The translations under genes were made by a program, and so were the position numbers. A DNA stretch of 63,930 bases, the filler included, from Sandaracinaceae bacterium (GTDB lineage: Bacteria; Myxococcota_A; Polyangia; Polyangiales; JADJQN01), in NCBI GenBank assembly GCA_947483975.1. It is 4 parts of 4 records of this genome, joined end to end, with 100 filler letters (N's around TTAATTAATTAA, not from the genome) between each part and the next. Parts side by side here need not be neighbours in the genome. Positions count along the whole stretch, not along the records: positions 33,031 to 49,278 come from CANKOL010000083.1; 3 more parts are not named here. The stretch is one strand, 5' to 3'. The notes beneath the pieces are model-generated. The model had not been told where the DNA came from, did not search any database, and saw only the letters and a program-made list of their open reading frames with translations. Below, one piece after another: positions 34,599 to 43,953 of the stretch. Within the stretch, counting starts at the first letter, position 1; each line of letters opens with the position of its first letter.

Positions 34599-37568
34599 TC
34601 AGCGCTGCACGACGTAGCTGTCGTTGCGCGTGCGCGTGAGCACGCGGACCTCGGCGCTCGACCGCAGTTCGTCCTCGCGCAGCGCGGGGGCGAGCACGCG
34701 GTAGCCCGTCGAGACCTCGAGCGTGCGGACCTCGCGTACGAGCTCAGGGCGCGCGTGCGGCGGTAGCTCGCCGAGGGCGCGCGTCAGCGCCGTCGCGTCG
34801 AGCGGCGCGGCGGTCTGCACGGTGGCGACGAGCTTGTCGCCGACGCGCTGCGCGACGGCGCGCGCGACGCCGGGCACGCGGTAGAGCGCGTCCTCGACGG
34901 CGTGCGGAAACACGAGCCCCTCCGGGCGAACGAAGGTGTCCGCGAGCGTGCCGATGAAGAAGTGATCGCCGTCCGCGTCGCGGGCGAGCACGTCGCGGAG
35001 CGCGTAGAAGCGGTCGCCCGACTCGAGCACGCGCGTGAAGATGCGCGCCGGATCCATGCGCGGATCGTCGTTGTGGCGGCTGTCGAGGCGCACGAGCGTG
35101 GCGCCCGGCTCGTCTGGAGCGCAGCGCACCGCGAGCCCGCGCGAGTCCCTGACGAGCTCGCCCTTCGCGAAGTCCCAGCGCGCGAGGATCACCTCGGCGG
35201 TGCCCGGCAGCGGGCGCCCGATCGCGCCGGGCTTCTCGCCGGAGGCGTTGACCATGACGACGTGATGGGACGTCGAGGCGTACAGCTCGAGCCCGCCGAC
35301 GCCGAAGCGCTCGCGCACCTCGCGCGCGAGATCTCCGCGCATCCCGCTCCCCGCGAAGAGCCGCAGCGGGTGGCTGCGATCGGACGAGGAGGGCGGCTGC
35401 GCGACGAGCTCGCGGAGCATATCGCCCGCGTAAAAGACGATCGTCGCGCCGTAGCGGCGCACCTCGGGGAAGAACGTCTTCGGCGAGAAGTCCGAGCCGA
35501 GCGCGAGGCGCGCGCCCGCCGTCAGCGCGCTCGACACAGCGACGAGCAAGCCCGCCGGATGGTGCAGCGGCAGGCAGACGTAGACCGTGTCGCGCGGCGT
35601 CAGCGTGCACGCCGCGGCGGCGCCGAGCGCCGAGAACGCCCAGCGGTGGTTGGTGACGGGCGAGGCGCGCAGCGTGCCGCGCGTCGACTGCGTCAGGAGC
35701 ACCATCGACTGCTCGCGCGCGACGCCCGCGTCCGGGACGAAGCCCGTCGGCAGCGGCAGCTTCGCGGTGTCGATCAGCTCCATGTCGATGACGCCCGGCG
35801 GCAGCGCGCGCCCGGGTCCGTTGCCTGCGCCGCCGAGCACGAGCACCCGCGGGAAGAGCCTCTGCACGCGCGCCGCGTTCTCCGGATCCGTCATCACCGC
35901 GGTGACGTTCTCGGTGAGGAGCGCCTGCGACAGCGCCTCGTCGCTCGCCTCGGGCGGCGCGACGACTCCGACTGCGCCCATGCGATTGAGCGCGCACACC
36001 GCGGTCAGCAGGCTCGGACGCCCGAGCATCACGATGCCGATGCGCGCGCCGTGCGTCACGCCGCAGTCGAAGAGCCCCTTCGTCACGTGCGTCACGCGCT
36101 CGTCGGCGCTGCGATACGAGAACGCGCGCCCGCTCCACAGGAAGAACGTCGCGTCCGGCGACTTCGCCGCGCGCCGCGCGAGCTCGTACGAGAAGCTGAT
36201 GCGCGTCTGCCCGTCGAGGCGCTCGAGGCGGCGCAGCTTCGGCACCTGCCAGCGCAGCGAGCCCGCGTTCGCCGACGCGTCCTCGATCAGCTCGGTGAGG
36301 CGCGACGCCGCCGTGCCGACGGTCGAGCGGACCGCGTCGAGCAAGAGATCGTGGTCGAGCGGGACGGAGAAGTCCCACGAGTCCGAGCCTTGCTCCCAGT
36401 CCTCTTCCTCTTCGACGACGGGCTCGGTCTTCGGCGCGAGCAGCGCGGGCAGCGGGCCCTTCTCTTCGCGCCAGCGCATCCACTCGACCACCGAGGGCCA
36501 CGTCTCTCGGAGCGCGCGCGAGCCGACGACGATGCCGAAGTGCCCCGCCTCGACCCCGAGCTCGAAGACCTCCGCTTGCGGCGCCGCGCGGCGGATCGCG
36601 CGCACCGCGGCGGGCAGCGCGATCTCGTCGCGCAGCCCGATCACCGTCAGCACCGGGCACGCGATGTCCGAGAGCGCGAGCGTGCGACCGTCGACGACGA
36701 TCCCGCCCGCCATCATGCGGTTCTGCACGACGAGCTCGTCGACGAAGGCGCGCAGCGCCGGCCCGGGCCACGCGACGAAGCCCTCGCCACCGAGGAATTT
36801 ACGGCGCGCGGCGCGCTTCTCGAGGTCTTGCCGGTCCCAGAGGCGCTTGACGAGATCGAACATCTGTTCGACCTCTTTGCGCGGCGTCAGCAGCTTGAAC
36901 GCCGTGCTCGTCAGGATGCCGGGCAGCCCCTCGATGCGCTTGAGCGGCACATCGAGCACCGTGCGCGCGCCGCGCAGGAGCATGCCCGCGACGCCGTCGC
37001 CGTGGACGAACGGCACGTTGCGGTGCACGTCGACGGGACTGCCGAACGCGATCAGGGACGCGATGCCCTCCGAGCGCAGGTACGCCGCCGCCTGATACGC
37101 GAACATCCCGCCCTGCGAGTAGCCCGCGAGGTGCACGTCGCGCCCGGTGACGCGCCGCACCGTGCGCACCGCCTTGGCGACCGTGCGGATGTGGTCGTCG
37201 AGCGTGCGCAGCATCCCGCCTTCTTCTTGCTCGGGGGAGCCGAAGTCGACGACCCAGCAGTCCACGCCCGCCGCCGCGAGGGGCACGATCGCCGAGAGAT
37301 CCGCGGAGATGTCGTAGATCTCAGCCGTCAGCATCAGCGGCGGCACGAGCAGCAGGGCCGCGCTCGGCGCGTCGGGGAGCGTCTCCCTCGCGTACCTGCG
37401 CAGCCGGTGCACGGCGTCGCGGTCGACGACCTCGTAGGGGGACGCGCCGCTCGCCGCGAGGCGCGAAAGGCGCATCGCCTCGAGCACGTTCTGCGTGCCG
37501 TTCTGGGCGAAGCGGGAGAGCTGACCGAGAGACCGTTGCCGTCGTCGGCGCTTGCCAGGGTTCGCCAT
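34599..37568 (-). CDS. PhaC-like alpha/beta hydrolase fused to an AMP-binding (acyl-CoA synthetase) domain, Rv1683-like
   Basis: LVPPLMLTAEIYD, GYSQGG, D(EIA), AGHFGIVVGS; then FSYRSADERV, YVCLPLHHP.GL, LRLFAGSGM. Confidence 0.85.
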   Translation of the reverse strand: MANPGKRRRRQRSLGQLSRFAQNGTQNVLEAMRLSRLAASGASPYEVVDRDAVHRLRRYARETLPDAPSAALLLVPPLMLTAEIYDISADLSAIVPLAAAGVDCWVVDFGSPEQEEGGMLRTLDDHIRTVAKAVRTVRRVTGRDVHLAGYSQGGMFAYQAAAYLRSEGIASLIAFGSPVDVHRNVPFVHGDGVAGMLLRGARTVLDVPLKRIEGLPGILTSTAFKLLTPRKEVEQMFDLVKRLWDRQDLEKRAARRKFLGGEGFVAWPGPALRAFVDELVVQNRMMAGGIVVDGRTLALSDIACPVLTVIGLRDEIALPAAVRAIRRAAPQAEVFELGVEAGHFGIVVGSRALRETWPSVVEWMRWREEKGPLPALLAPKTEPVVEEEEDWEQGSDSWDFSVPLDHDLLLDAVRSTVGTAASRLTELIEDASANAGSLRWQVPKLRRLERLDGQTRISFSYELARRAAKSPDATFFLWSGRAFSYRSADERVTHVTKGLFDCGVTHGARIGIVMLGRPSLLTAVCALNRMGAVGVVAPPEASDEALSQALLTENVTAVMTDPENAARVQRLFPRVLVLGGAGNGPGRALPPGVIDMELIDTAKLPLPTGFVPDAGVAREQSMVLLTQSTRGTLRASPVTNHRWAFSALGAAAACTLTPRDTVYVCLPLHHPAGLLVAVSSALTAGARLALGSDFSPKTFFPEVRRYGATIVFYAGDMLRELVAQPPSSSDRSHPLRLFAGSGMRGDLAREVRERFGVGGLELYASTSHHVVMVNASGEKPGAIGRPLPGTAEVILARWDFAKGELVRDSRGLAVRCAPDEPGATLVRLDSRHNDDPRMDPARIFTRVLESGDRFYALRDVLARDADGDHFFIGTLADTFVRPEGLVFPHAVEDALYRVPGVARAVAQRVGDKLVATVQTAAPLDATALTRALGELPPHARPELVREVRTLEVSTGYRVLAPALREDELRSSAEVRVLTRTRNDSYVVQR

Positions 37569-37639
37569 GAGTAGAGGACGCATGGTCGCGGGGCCGCGCG
37601 CGCGGGTCAAGGGAACGGGGTTCGGGTAGGCTCGCCCGC

Positions 37640-38587
37640 ATGGGACCCCGCCGCCTCGCCGTGCTCGGCTTTTCTTCGATGATTCTCTGGGCTGCGGCGT
37701 GCGGCGACGACGCCGGGACGCCGACCGTCGACGCCGCGACGCCCCTCGTCGACGCGGACTCGCCCGCGGACGCGCAGCGAGCCGACGCCGGCGCGTCCTA
37801 TGCGGCGCCCGTCGCGCGCGGCGTGCTGCCGAGCGCGCCGCTGCCCGAGACGTCCGGCCTCGTCGCGAGCCGACGACAGGCGGACGTGCTCTGGGCGCAC
37901 AACGACTCAGGCAACCCGGCGGAGCTCTTCGCGCTCGGCACCGACGGCTCGCTGCGCGCGACGTTCGCGGTGCGCGGCGCGACCAACCAAGACTGGGAGG
38001 ACATCGCCCGCATCCCCGGCGTCCCCCAGGACACGATCGTGCTCGCCGACACCGGCGACAACCTCGCGCGCGACACCGACGGCGCGAGCGGCCGCCCGTC
38101 GGTCACGCTCTACCTCGTGCCCGAGCCCGACGTCGCGGCGGGCGACGCCCCCGTCGACGCGGAGGCCCTCACGCTCACCTACCCCGACCGCCCCTACGAC
38201 TGCGAGGCCGTCTTCGTCGACCCCGCGACGAGCGACGTCTGGCTCCTCACGAAGGAGGCGGCCCCCGCCGAGGTCTTCGTTGCGCGCGGCCCGCTCGCTC
38301 CGGGCAGCAGCGTCACCCTCGAGCACGCGGGGCAGGTCGACTTCGGCCTCGTCACCGCCGCAGATCAGAGCGAGGACGGCCTGCGCCTCGCCGTCCGCGG
38401 CTACGGCCACGTCGTCGTCTACGCCGTCACCGCCGGCGACGTCTTCGGCGCGCTCACCGGGCCCCCGTCCGCGCGCCCCGCCGTCGGCTCGCTCGCCGAG
38501 GCCATCGCCTTCGAGGCGGGCGGCTACGGCCTCTACACCGTCGCCGAGGGACGCGGCGCGACGCTGTTTTACTACGCGGCGCGTTGA
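37640..38587 (+). CDS. Lipoprotein with predicted beta-propeller, esterase/phytase-like domain
   Basis: Lipobox AACG; ETSGL, WAHNDSG, DWEDIA, DTGDN, DCEA, AEAIAF. Confidence 0.7.
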   Translation: MGPRRLAVLGFSSMILWAAACGDDAGTPTVDAATPLVDADSPADAQRADAGASYAAPVARGVLPSAPLPETSGLVASRRQADVLWAHNDSGNPAELFALGTDGSLRATFAVRGATNQDWEDIARIPGVPQDTIVLADTGDNLARDTDGASGRPSVTLYLVPEPDVAAGDAPVDAEALTLTYPDRPYDCEAVFVDPATSDVWLLTKEAAPAEVFVARGPLAPGSSVTLEHAGQVDFGLVTAADQSEDGLRLAVRGYGHVVVYAVTAGDVFGALTGPPSARPAVGSLAEAIAFEAGGYGLYTVAEGRGATLFYYAAR

Positions 38588-38722
38588 GGGGGGGCGGACC
38601 GCGTCGACGCTGACTCCAACTCGCACCGTCCGGCGTCGTCTCCGCGCGACGGCAGAGTCGAAGAGTCCCGCGGCCACGCACGAAGCGGAGGACGCTCACC
38701 CTCGCGTTCCCCCGTGCTCACG

Positions 38723-39883
38723 CTACCCGACGCGGTGCACGTCGCGCACAGCCTCGATCACGCGGTCTTGTTCCTCCAGGGTCATCGAAGGAAACAGGGG
38801 CAGCGACAGCGTGCGGTCGCCGATGGCCTCTGCCACAGGGTAAGCCCCTCGGTCGAAGCCGAACCGCTCACGGTAGTAGGTCAGCAGGTGCACCGCGCGG
38901 TAGTTCACCGCGGTCCCGATTCCCCGCGCGTTCAGTCCAGCGAGGTAGGCGTCGCGTCGCCCGTCCGGTGCCCACATCGTGAACAAGTGCCGCGCGCTCG
39001 TCGCGGCCGGCACGCTCCGGGGAAACTCAATCCCACTCAGCCCCGTCAGGGCGTCCTCATAGCGACTCGCGAGTCGCTCGCGGGCTGCGCGCAGCGCGTC
39101 GATCCGATGGAGTTGCGGCCGCAGCATGGCGGCCTGCAAGTTCGTCATGTTGTACTTGTAACCGAGGGCCAGCATGTCCCAATGACGGTAAGCGCCCGAG
39201 TGTCGATCGGCTGCCGACGCAGACATCCCATGTTGATGGAGCATGCGCGCGCGCTCGAAGCGCGCTGGATCTCTCATGACGAGGGCCCCTCCCTCGCCGC
39301 TCGTGATGTTCTTCGTCGCATAGAAACTGAAGGCCGCGGCGTCGCCGAGTTGGCCCGGTCGCACGCCGTCACGAATGGCGTCCGTCGCGTGCGCGGCGTC
39401 CTCGATCAGCGCGATGCCGCGGGCGTCACAGGTCGCCCGAAGTCGCACCACATCGGCCATCTGCCCGTAGAGATGCACGGCGATCACCGCCTTCGTTCGG
39501 GGCGATATCGCCGCCTCGACCGCCGTGAGATCGATGAGTCCCGTCGCCGGTTCCACGTCCACGAAGACGGGAGTCGCGCCGCAATGAAGGATGACGTTCG
39601 CGGTGGCGATGAACGTCATCGGAGTCGTGATGACCTCGTCTCCCTGCGACACCTCCAAGGCCAGCAGCGCCAGATGCAGGGCGGCGGTGCACGAACTCAC
39701 CCCGAGCGCGAGAGGCTTGCACTCGAGGTACTCGGCGAGCTCCTTCTCGAAAGCCTCGACGAGCTTGCCGCGCGTCAAGAAGGGGCCACGCATCGCCTCG
39801 GCGACGGCGCGAATCTCCTCCTCGCCTACCGAGTGCCGAAAGAACTCGACTCGTCCGTCTTCCTCGGCGCTCACAGCAGACAC
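38723..39883 (-). CDS. DegT/DnrJ/EryC1/StrS PLP sugar aminotransferase (ArnB-like)
   Basis: SSCTAALHLAL, TFIATAN, VHLYGQ, IEDAAHA, FSFYATKNITSGEGG, GYKYNM, LSLPLFP. Confidence 0.93.
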   Translation of the reverse strand: MSAVSAEEDGRVEFFRHSVGEEEIRAVAEAMRGPFLTRGKLVEAFEKELAEYLECKPLALGVSSCTAALHLALLALEVSQGDEVITTPMTFIATANVILHCGATPVFVDVEPATGLIDLTAVEAAISPRTKAVIAVHLYGQMADVVRLRATCDARGIALIEDAAHATDAIRDGVRPGQLGDAAAFSFYATKNITSGEGGALVMRDPARFERARMLHQHGMSASAADRHSGAYRHWDMLALGYKYNMTNLQAAMLRPQLHRIDALRAARERLASRYEDALTGLSGIEFPRSVPAATSARHLFTMWAPDGRRDAYLAGLNARGIGTAVNYRAVHLLTYYRERFGFDRGAYPVAEAIGDRTLSLPLFPSMTLEEQDRVIEAVRDVHRVG

Positions 39884-40917
39884 CCGTCCAATATCACATC
39901 GTCGAGGACGCGCTTGGCGTCGAGCAGGTATCGGTAGTAGTCGACCGTGCGCGTCACATGCCCGGTCAGAACCGTCTGCTCCCGCAGCGCCTCGAGGATC
40001 TCCCTGATTCCGTCCTCGGGCGTCCGCTCGCAGGTGAAGTCGAGTTCGCGCTCGGCGCGCTCGAAGGACACGCGGTAGCTGCGTTGGTCGGCGTCTTCCG
40101 GGACGACGATGAGGCTAGCCCCAGACACATGCTCGGCGACCATGCTCGCGACGCGACTCACTCGATAATTTTGGCTGGTCGCCCCCATGTTGAACACGCG
40201 CCCCGCGACTACGCTGTCTGGCGCAGTCGCGAGAGTGAGGAGCGCTCGAGCGCCGTCACGGACGTGAAGCAGAGGGCGCCACTGCGACCCCCCGCCCAGC
40301 ACGAACACCTCGCGCTTCTCGAACGCGTGCTTCGTCATCACGTTGATGATCAGGTCGAAGCGCATCCGGGGCGAGAGTCCGTAGAGCGTGCCCATGCGTG
40401 AGACGGTCGTCGCGAAGCCACTGCTGACTTCACCCAACACCATATCCTCCATCTTCGCCTTCGACTGCGCATAGGCAGTCAACGGCTCTCGGGCGGACTC
40501 CTCGGTCAGCAGCGCATCACCGCCCGCTCCGTAGACGCTGCACGAGGATTGATAGACGTAACGCCGAACGCCAGCGGCCTTCGCCGCTCGGAGCAGCGCG
40601 ACGCCGCCACGTACGTTGACGTCGGTGGTGAGCTCGGAGTCCAGAGCGCAACACGGGTCGTTGGACAGCCCCGCGATATCGATGACCGTGTCGAATCCCT
40701 CGAGGTCAGCCGGGGTGATACCACGGGTGTCGAGGCGCACGCTCTCGAAGCCCGGTCGCCCTCGACATCCGGACAGAGGCTCCGTGCCGAAGAAGAAGCG
40801 GTCCACCACGCGAACGGAGAAGCCGGCGTCGAGGAGCGTCGTGCACAGCGCCGAGCCGAGGTAACCGCCGCCTCCTGCGACGAGCACGCGGCCAGCCGGG
40901 GACATCGGAAGAGTCAT
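39871..40917 (-). CDS. NAD-dependent sugar epimerase/dehydratase (extended SDR)
   Basis: GGGGYLG, SNDP, SSCSVYG, YAQSK, SPRMRFDL. Confidence 0.9.
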   Translation of the reverse strand: MTLPMSPAGRVLVAGGGGYLGSALCTTLLDAGFSVRVVDRFFFGTEPLSGCRGRPGFESVRLDTRGITPADLEGFDTVIDIAGLSNDPCCALDSELTTDVNVRGGVALLRAAKAAGVRRYVYQSSCSVYGAGGDALLTEESAREPLTAYAQSKAKMEDMVLGEVSSGFATTVSRMGTLYGLSPRMRFDLIINVMTKHAFEKREVFVLGGGSQWRPLLHVRDGARALLTLATAPDSVVAGRVFNMGATSQNYRVSRVASMVAEHVSGASLIVVPEDADQRSYRVSFERAERELDFTCERTPEDGIREILEALREQTVLTGHVTRTVDYYRYLLDAKRVLDDVILDGCLL

Positions 40918-40940
40918 CGCGTGATGCTACCAGAACAGGG

Positions 40941-41960
40941 CTAGGAACGCGCACCTCGAAGTGGGGGGCGGTCGGTGTCGGCCGGCGTCTTCCCCTCGGT
41001 GTCGGCCATGGCGGATGGCCCCGTTGGTTCCCCATCCGCGGAGGTCGTCTCCAGGATGTACAGGGGGCGCCGTTTCGCCTCATGGAAGAGGCGCCCGACG
41101 TATTTTCCTAGCACGCCGAGGAACATGGTCTGAATGCCGCCGACGAGCAGGACGATACCGAACGTCGAGACCCATCCCTGCGCGTACACATCGAAGAAGA
41201 TGCGTCGGAACGAGATGTAGGCCAAGAACGCGATGGCAGCGACGGAGAGGCCGACGCCTGTGGTGATGGCGAGCGTGAGCGGCCGATCAGAGAATGCGGT
41301 AATCGCAGTCGTCGCCAGTTGTAGCTTCTTCCAGAAATCGTACTTCGTCGTCCCCCGCGCGCGATCGTGTCGAGGGATCGATACGGTCGAGCGACGCAAC
41401 CCGATCCACATGAAGATGCCCTCGATGAACTTCTGTCTCTCCGGGAATCGTTGAAATTCGCTCAAGAAGCGTCGGCTGAAGATCCGCATGCTTCCGATGT
41501 CCTTTGGGATATCGAAGCCGCTGAGTCGACGAATCGAGAACCAGAACAATGCGGAGGAGAGACGGGTGAGGAGCGGGTCACCGCGGTTCTGCCGGATGCC
41601 GTAGACCACGTCAAAGCCCTTCCCAATCTCCTCGACGAGCGCGGGTAAGGAGGCCGGAGGGTCCTGTAGGTCTGCGTCCATCAACACGATCAGACGACCC
41701 TGCGCGGCGTCAAGTCCCGCACAGATCGCTACTTGTTGCCCGAAGTTCCGAGACAGTCGCAGGAAGCGAACGCGAGCGTCCCGAGCGTGCAGCGCGTGCA
41801 AGACGGAGATCGAGTCGTCGCTCGATCCGTCATCGACGAGGATGAGCTCCCAGGCGAGTCCCGTTTCGTCGGCATGCGGCGCCACGGCCGCGATCAGCGG
41901 TTCGAGATTGTCGAGCTCGTTGTAGCAAGGAATGACGATCGAGAGCTCCGGTGCCGGCAT
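40941..41960 (-). CDS. GT2 polyprenol-phosphate glycosyltransferase (ArnC/GtrB-like)
   Basis: SIVIPCYNE, VDDGS.D, LSRNFGQ, MDADLQDPP, two C-terminal TM helices, RPLYI. Confidence 0.92.
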   Translation of the reverse strand: MPAPELSIVIPCYNELDNLEPLIAAVAPHADETGLAWELILVDDGSSDDSISVLHALHARDARVRFLRLSRNFGQQVAICAGLDAAQGRLIVLMDADLQDPPASLPALVEEIGKGFDVVYGIRQNRGDPLLTRLSSALFWFSIRRLSGFDIPKDIGSMRIFSRRFLSEFQRFPERQKFIEGIFMWIGLRRSTVSIPRHDRARGTTKYDFWKKLQLATTAITAFSDRPLTLAITTGVGLSVAAIAFLAYISFRRIFFDVYAQGWVSTFGIVLLVGGIQTMFLGVLGKYVGRLFHEAKRRPLYILETTSADGEPTGPSAMADTEGKTPADTDRPPLRGARS

Positions 41961-41972
41961 CGCCAGAAGATA

Positions 41973-42869
41973 TCACGCCCCCTCGAAACACCGCCGAATG
42001 CCTGCGGTCAGGTCGACGGCGGGGGAGTAGCCAAGGGCCGCGCGGGCGCGGTCGATCGAGAGCCTCACGGAGGGAGCAGCGTCAGGGCGCGCGATGCTCT
42101 CGAGCCTCGCGCCCGTCGGCCCGGCGAGGGCGAGACAGGTCTCGGCCAGCTGCCGCATCGACGTACTCCTGCCCGACCCGATGAGGAACGCACCTTGCGA
42201 TGGTGACTCGAGCGCGAGAGCGACCGCCTTCGCGGCGTCGCTGACGAACACGAAGTCCTGCTCGCGCCGGCCGTCCTCGAGAACCTGGAGCGTGCTGCCG
42301 CTTCGGGCGAGTGCGACGAAGAGGGGAAGTACGGAGTGAGTCGGTTGACCCGGCCCGTAGACCGACGAGAAACGGAGGTGCGCCACCGGGACCTCCAGCC
42401 GATTGAGTAGACGTTCGGCGGCGTCCTTGCTCCGCCCGTAGGCGCTCGTAGGCCCCACTGCCGTTCGCGCGTCGAGTGGGCCGACGTCGGGGCCATAGAT
42501 TGCGATGGTGGACGCGACGACGACTCTTCGGAGGAGGGGCCATTGTGCTGCCTGACGAAGCAGGTGTGCAGCGAGGGCCTCGTTCGCCCCGAATTCGGCG
42601 TCATCGACGCCCGGTGCGGGAATGCGGGCGGCGAGATGGACGACGTCGGTGATGTCGCGCGGGAGTCGCTCCCAGACGCCGCGCTCACTCAGGTCGCCGA
42701 AGAACCAGCGCGCGCCGCTCGCGCCGACCGCTGCGGCGTCGCGTGAGGTGGCGATCACATACTGCGGTGTGAGCGCCGTCAGCACCGCGCGACCCAGAAA
42801 TCCCGCCGCGCCAGTGACGAGGATCCGCCGCTCCGGTTCGTCGCGCGACCCCACCTGCTCGTGTATCAT
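41973..42869 (-). CDS. NAD-dependent epimerase/dehydratase
   Basis: ILVTGAAGFLG, VVHLAA, YGRSK, RFSSVYGPG, QDFVFVSD. Confidence 0.85.
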   Translation of the reverse strand: MIHEQVGSRDEPERRILVTGAAGFLGRAVLTALTPQYVIATSRDAAAVGASGARWFFGDLSERGVWERLPRDITDVVHLAARIPAPGVDDAEFGANEALAAHLLRQAAQWPLLRRVVVASTIAIYGPDVGPLDARTAVGPTSAYGRSKDAAERLLNRLEVPVAHLRFSSVYGPGQPTHSVLPLFVALARSGSTLQVLEDGRREQDFVFVSDAAKAVALALESPSQGAFLIGSGRSTSMRQLAETCLALAGPTGARLESIARPDAAPSVRLSIDRARAALGYSPAVDLTAGIRRCFEGA

Positions 42870-42888
42870 CGGCCGCATCCGAACCATC

Positions 42889-43953
42889 ATGCGCAATCCA
42901 AGGGTTCTCGTCACGGGCGTGGGTTCCAACGTCGGCCAGGGGGTCGCGAAGGCGCTGCGCGCCGCCTTTCCCGGCGCGTTCCTGCTCGGCACGGACTGCG
43001 CGCCTTTGTCCGCCGGGTTCTTCGCGCTCGATGAGGGCCGTGTGCTCCCCTCGGCCGACGGCCCCGGGTACGTGGCCGCCTTGAAGGAGGTCTGCCTCAC
43101 TGCTGGCATCGAGCTCGTCCTCGTCGCGTCGCACGGCGAGGTGCTGGCCGTCGCGCGCGCCCGGGCCGACCTCGAAGCGTCCACGAGCGCCCGCGTCGTC
43201 GTGAGCGCGCCGGAAGCAGTGGAGCGCTGCATCGACAAGTACGCTACTGTTGAGTGCCTTCGCGCTGCGGGATGCGCCTTTCCCCAGTCGACAGTCGACA
43301 CCCGTCCAGAAGCGCTCACGGGGTTTCTGTCGATGGTCGGGCTCCCCGTAGTCGTGAAACCGCGGCGGGGGCAGGGTAGCAAGCGCGTCTCGGTGGTCTC
43401 GAGCGCCGCCCAAGTACGCGAGGCCTGCGACTCCACCCCCGACCCGATCGTTCAGGAGCATCTCGGCTCGACCGATGAGGAGTATACGGTGGCGGTACTC
43501 GCGGACCGTGATGGGCGAGTGGCCTCGGCCACCGCCATGCGGCGCACTCTGTCGGGCGGCACGACGGTCGTCGCGGAGACTGGAAGTTTTCCCGAGATCG
43601 TGGCCGAAGCCGCCCGCGTCGCCGTAGCCCTGGGGGTGATCGGCCCGGTGAACGTGCAAATGCGGCTCACGAGTCGTGGGCCCGTCACCTTCGAGGTGAA
43701 TCCTCGGTTCTCCGGCACGACGGGAATGCGCGCTCTCGCAGGATGGAACGACGCCGCGGCGGTGGTTCGTCACTTCCTCTGGGACGAGGCGATCGCACTC
43801 GCCCCTCCGCGTCCGGGTCGAGTGCTGCGCTATTACGATGAGGTGTTTGTCCCAGAGGAGTCTGCCCACGCCTGCGTCACCAATGGGGGCGTTCGTGCCG
43901 ACTCACGTCGTGCTCTCGACGTTCTCACGCTCTTTGGACCCCACCGTGCCTAA
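42889..43953 (+). CDS. ATP-grasp domain protein
   Basis: VLVTGVG, CIDKYAT, PVVVKPRRGQGSK, IVQEHL..EEYTV, NVQ, FEVNPRFSGT. Confidence 0.88.
   Translation: MRNPRVLVTGVGSNVGQGVAKALRAAFPGAFLLGTDCAPLSAGFFALDEGRVLPSADGPGYVAALKEVCLTAGIELVLVASHGEVLAVARARADLEASTSARVVVSAPEAVERCIDKYATVECLRAAGCAFPQSTVDTRPEALTGFLSMVGLPVVVKPRRGQGSKRVSVVSSAAQVREACDSTPDPIVQEHLGSTDEEYTVAVLADRDGRVASATAMRRTLSGGTTVVAETGSFPEIVAEAARVAVALGVIGPVNVQMRLTSRGPVTFEVNPRFSGTTGMRALAGWNDAAAVVRHFLWDEAIALAPPRPGRVLRYYDEVFVPEESAHACVTNGGVRADSRRALDVLTLFGPHRA

Noticed and set aside
42889..43953. carB
   Set aside because: Single ~350-aa ATP-grasp module in a sugar cluster; CarB is about three times longer.
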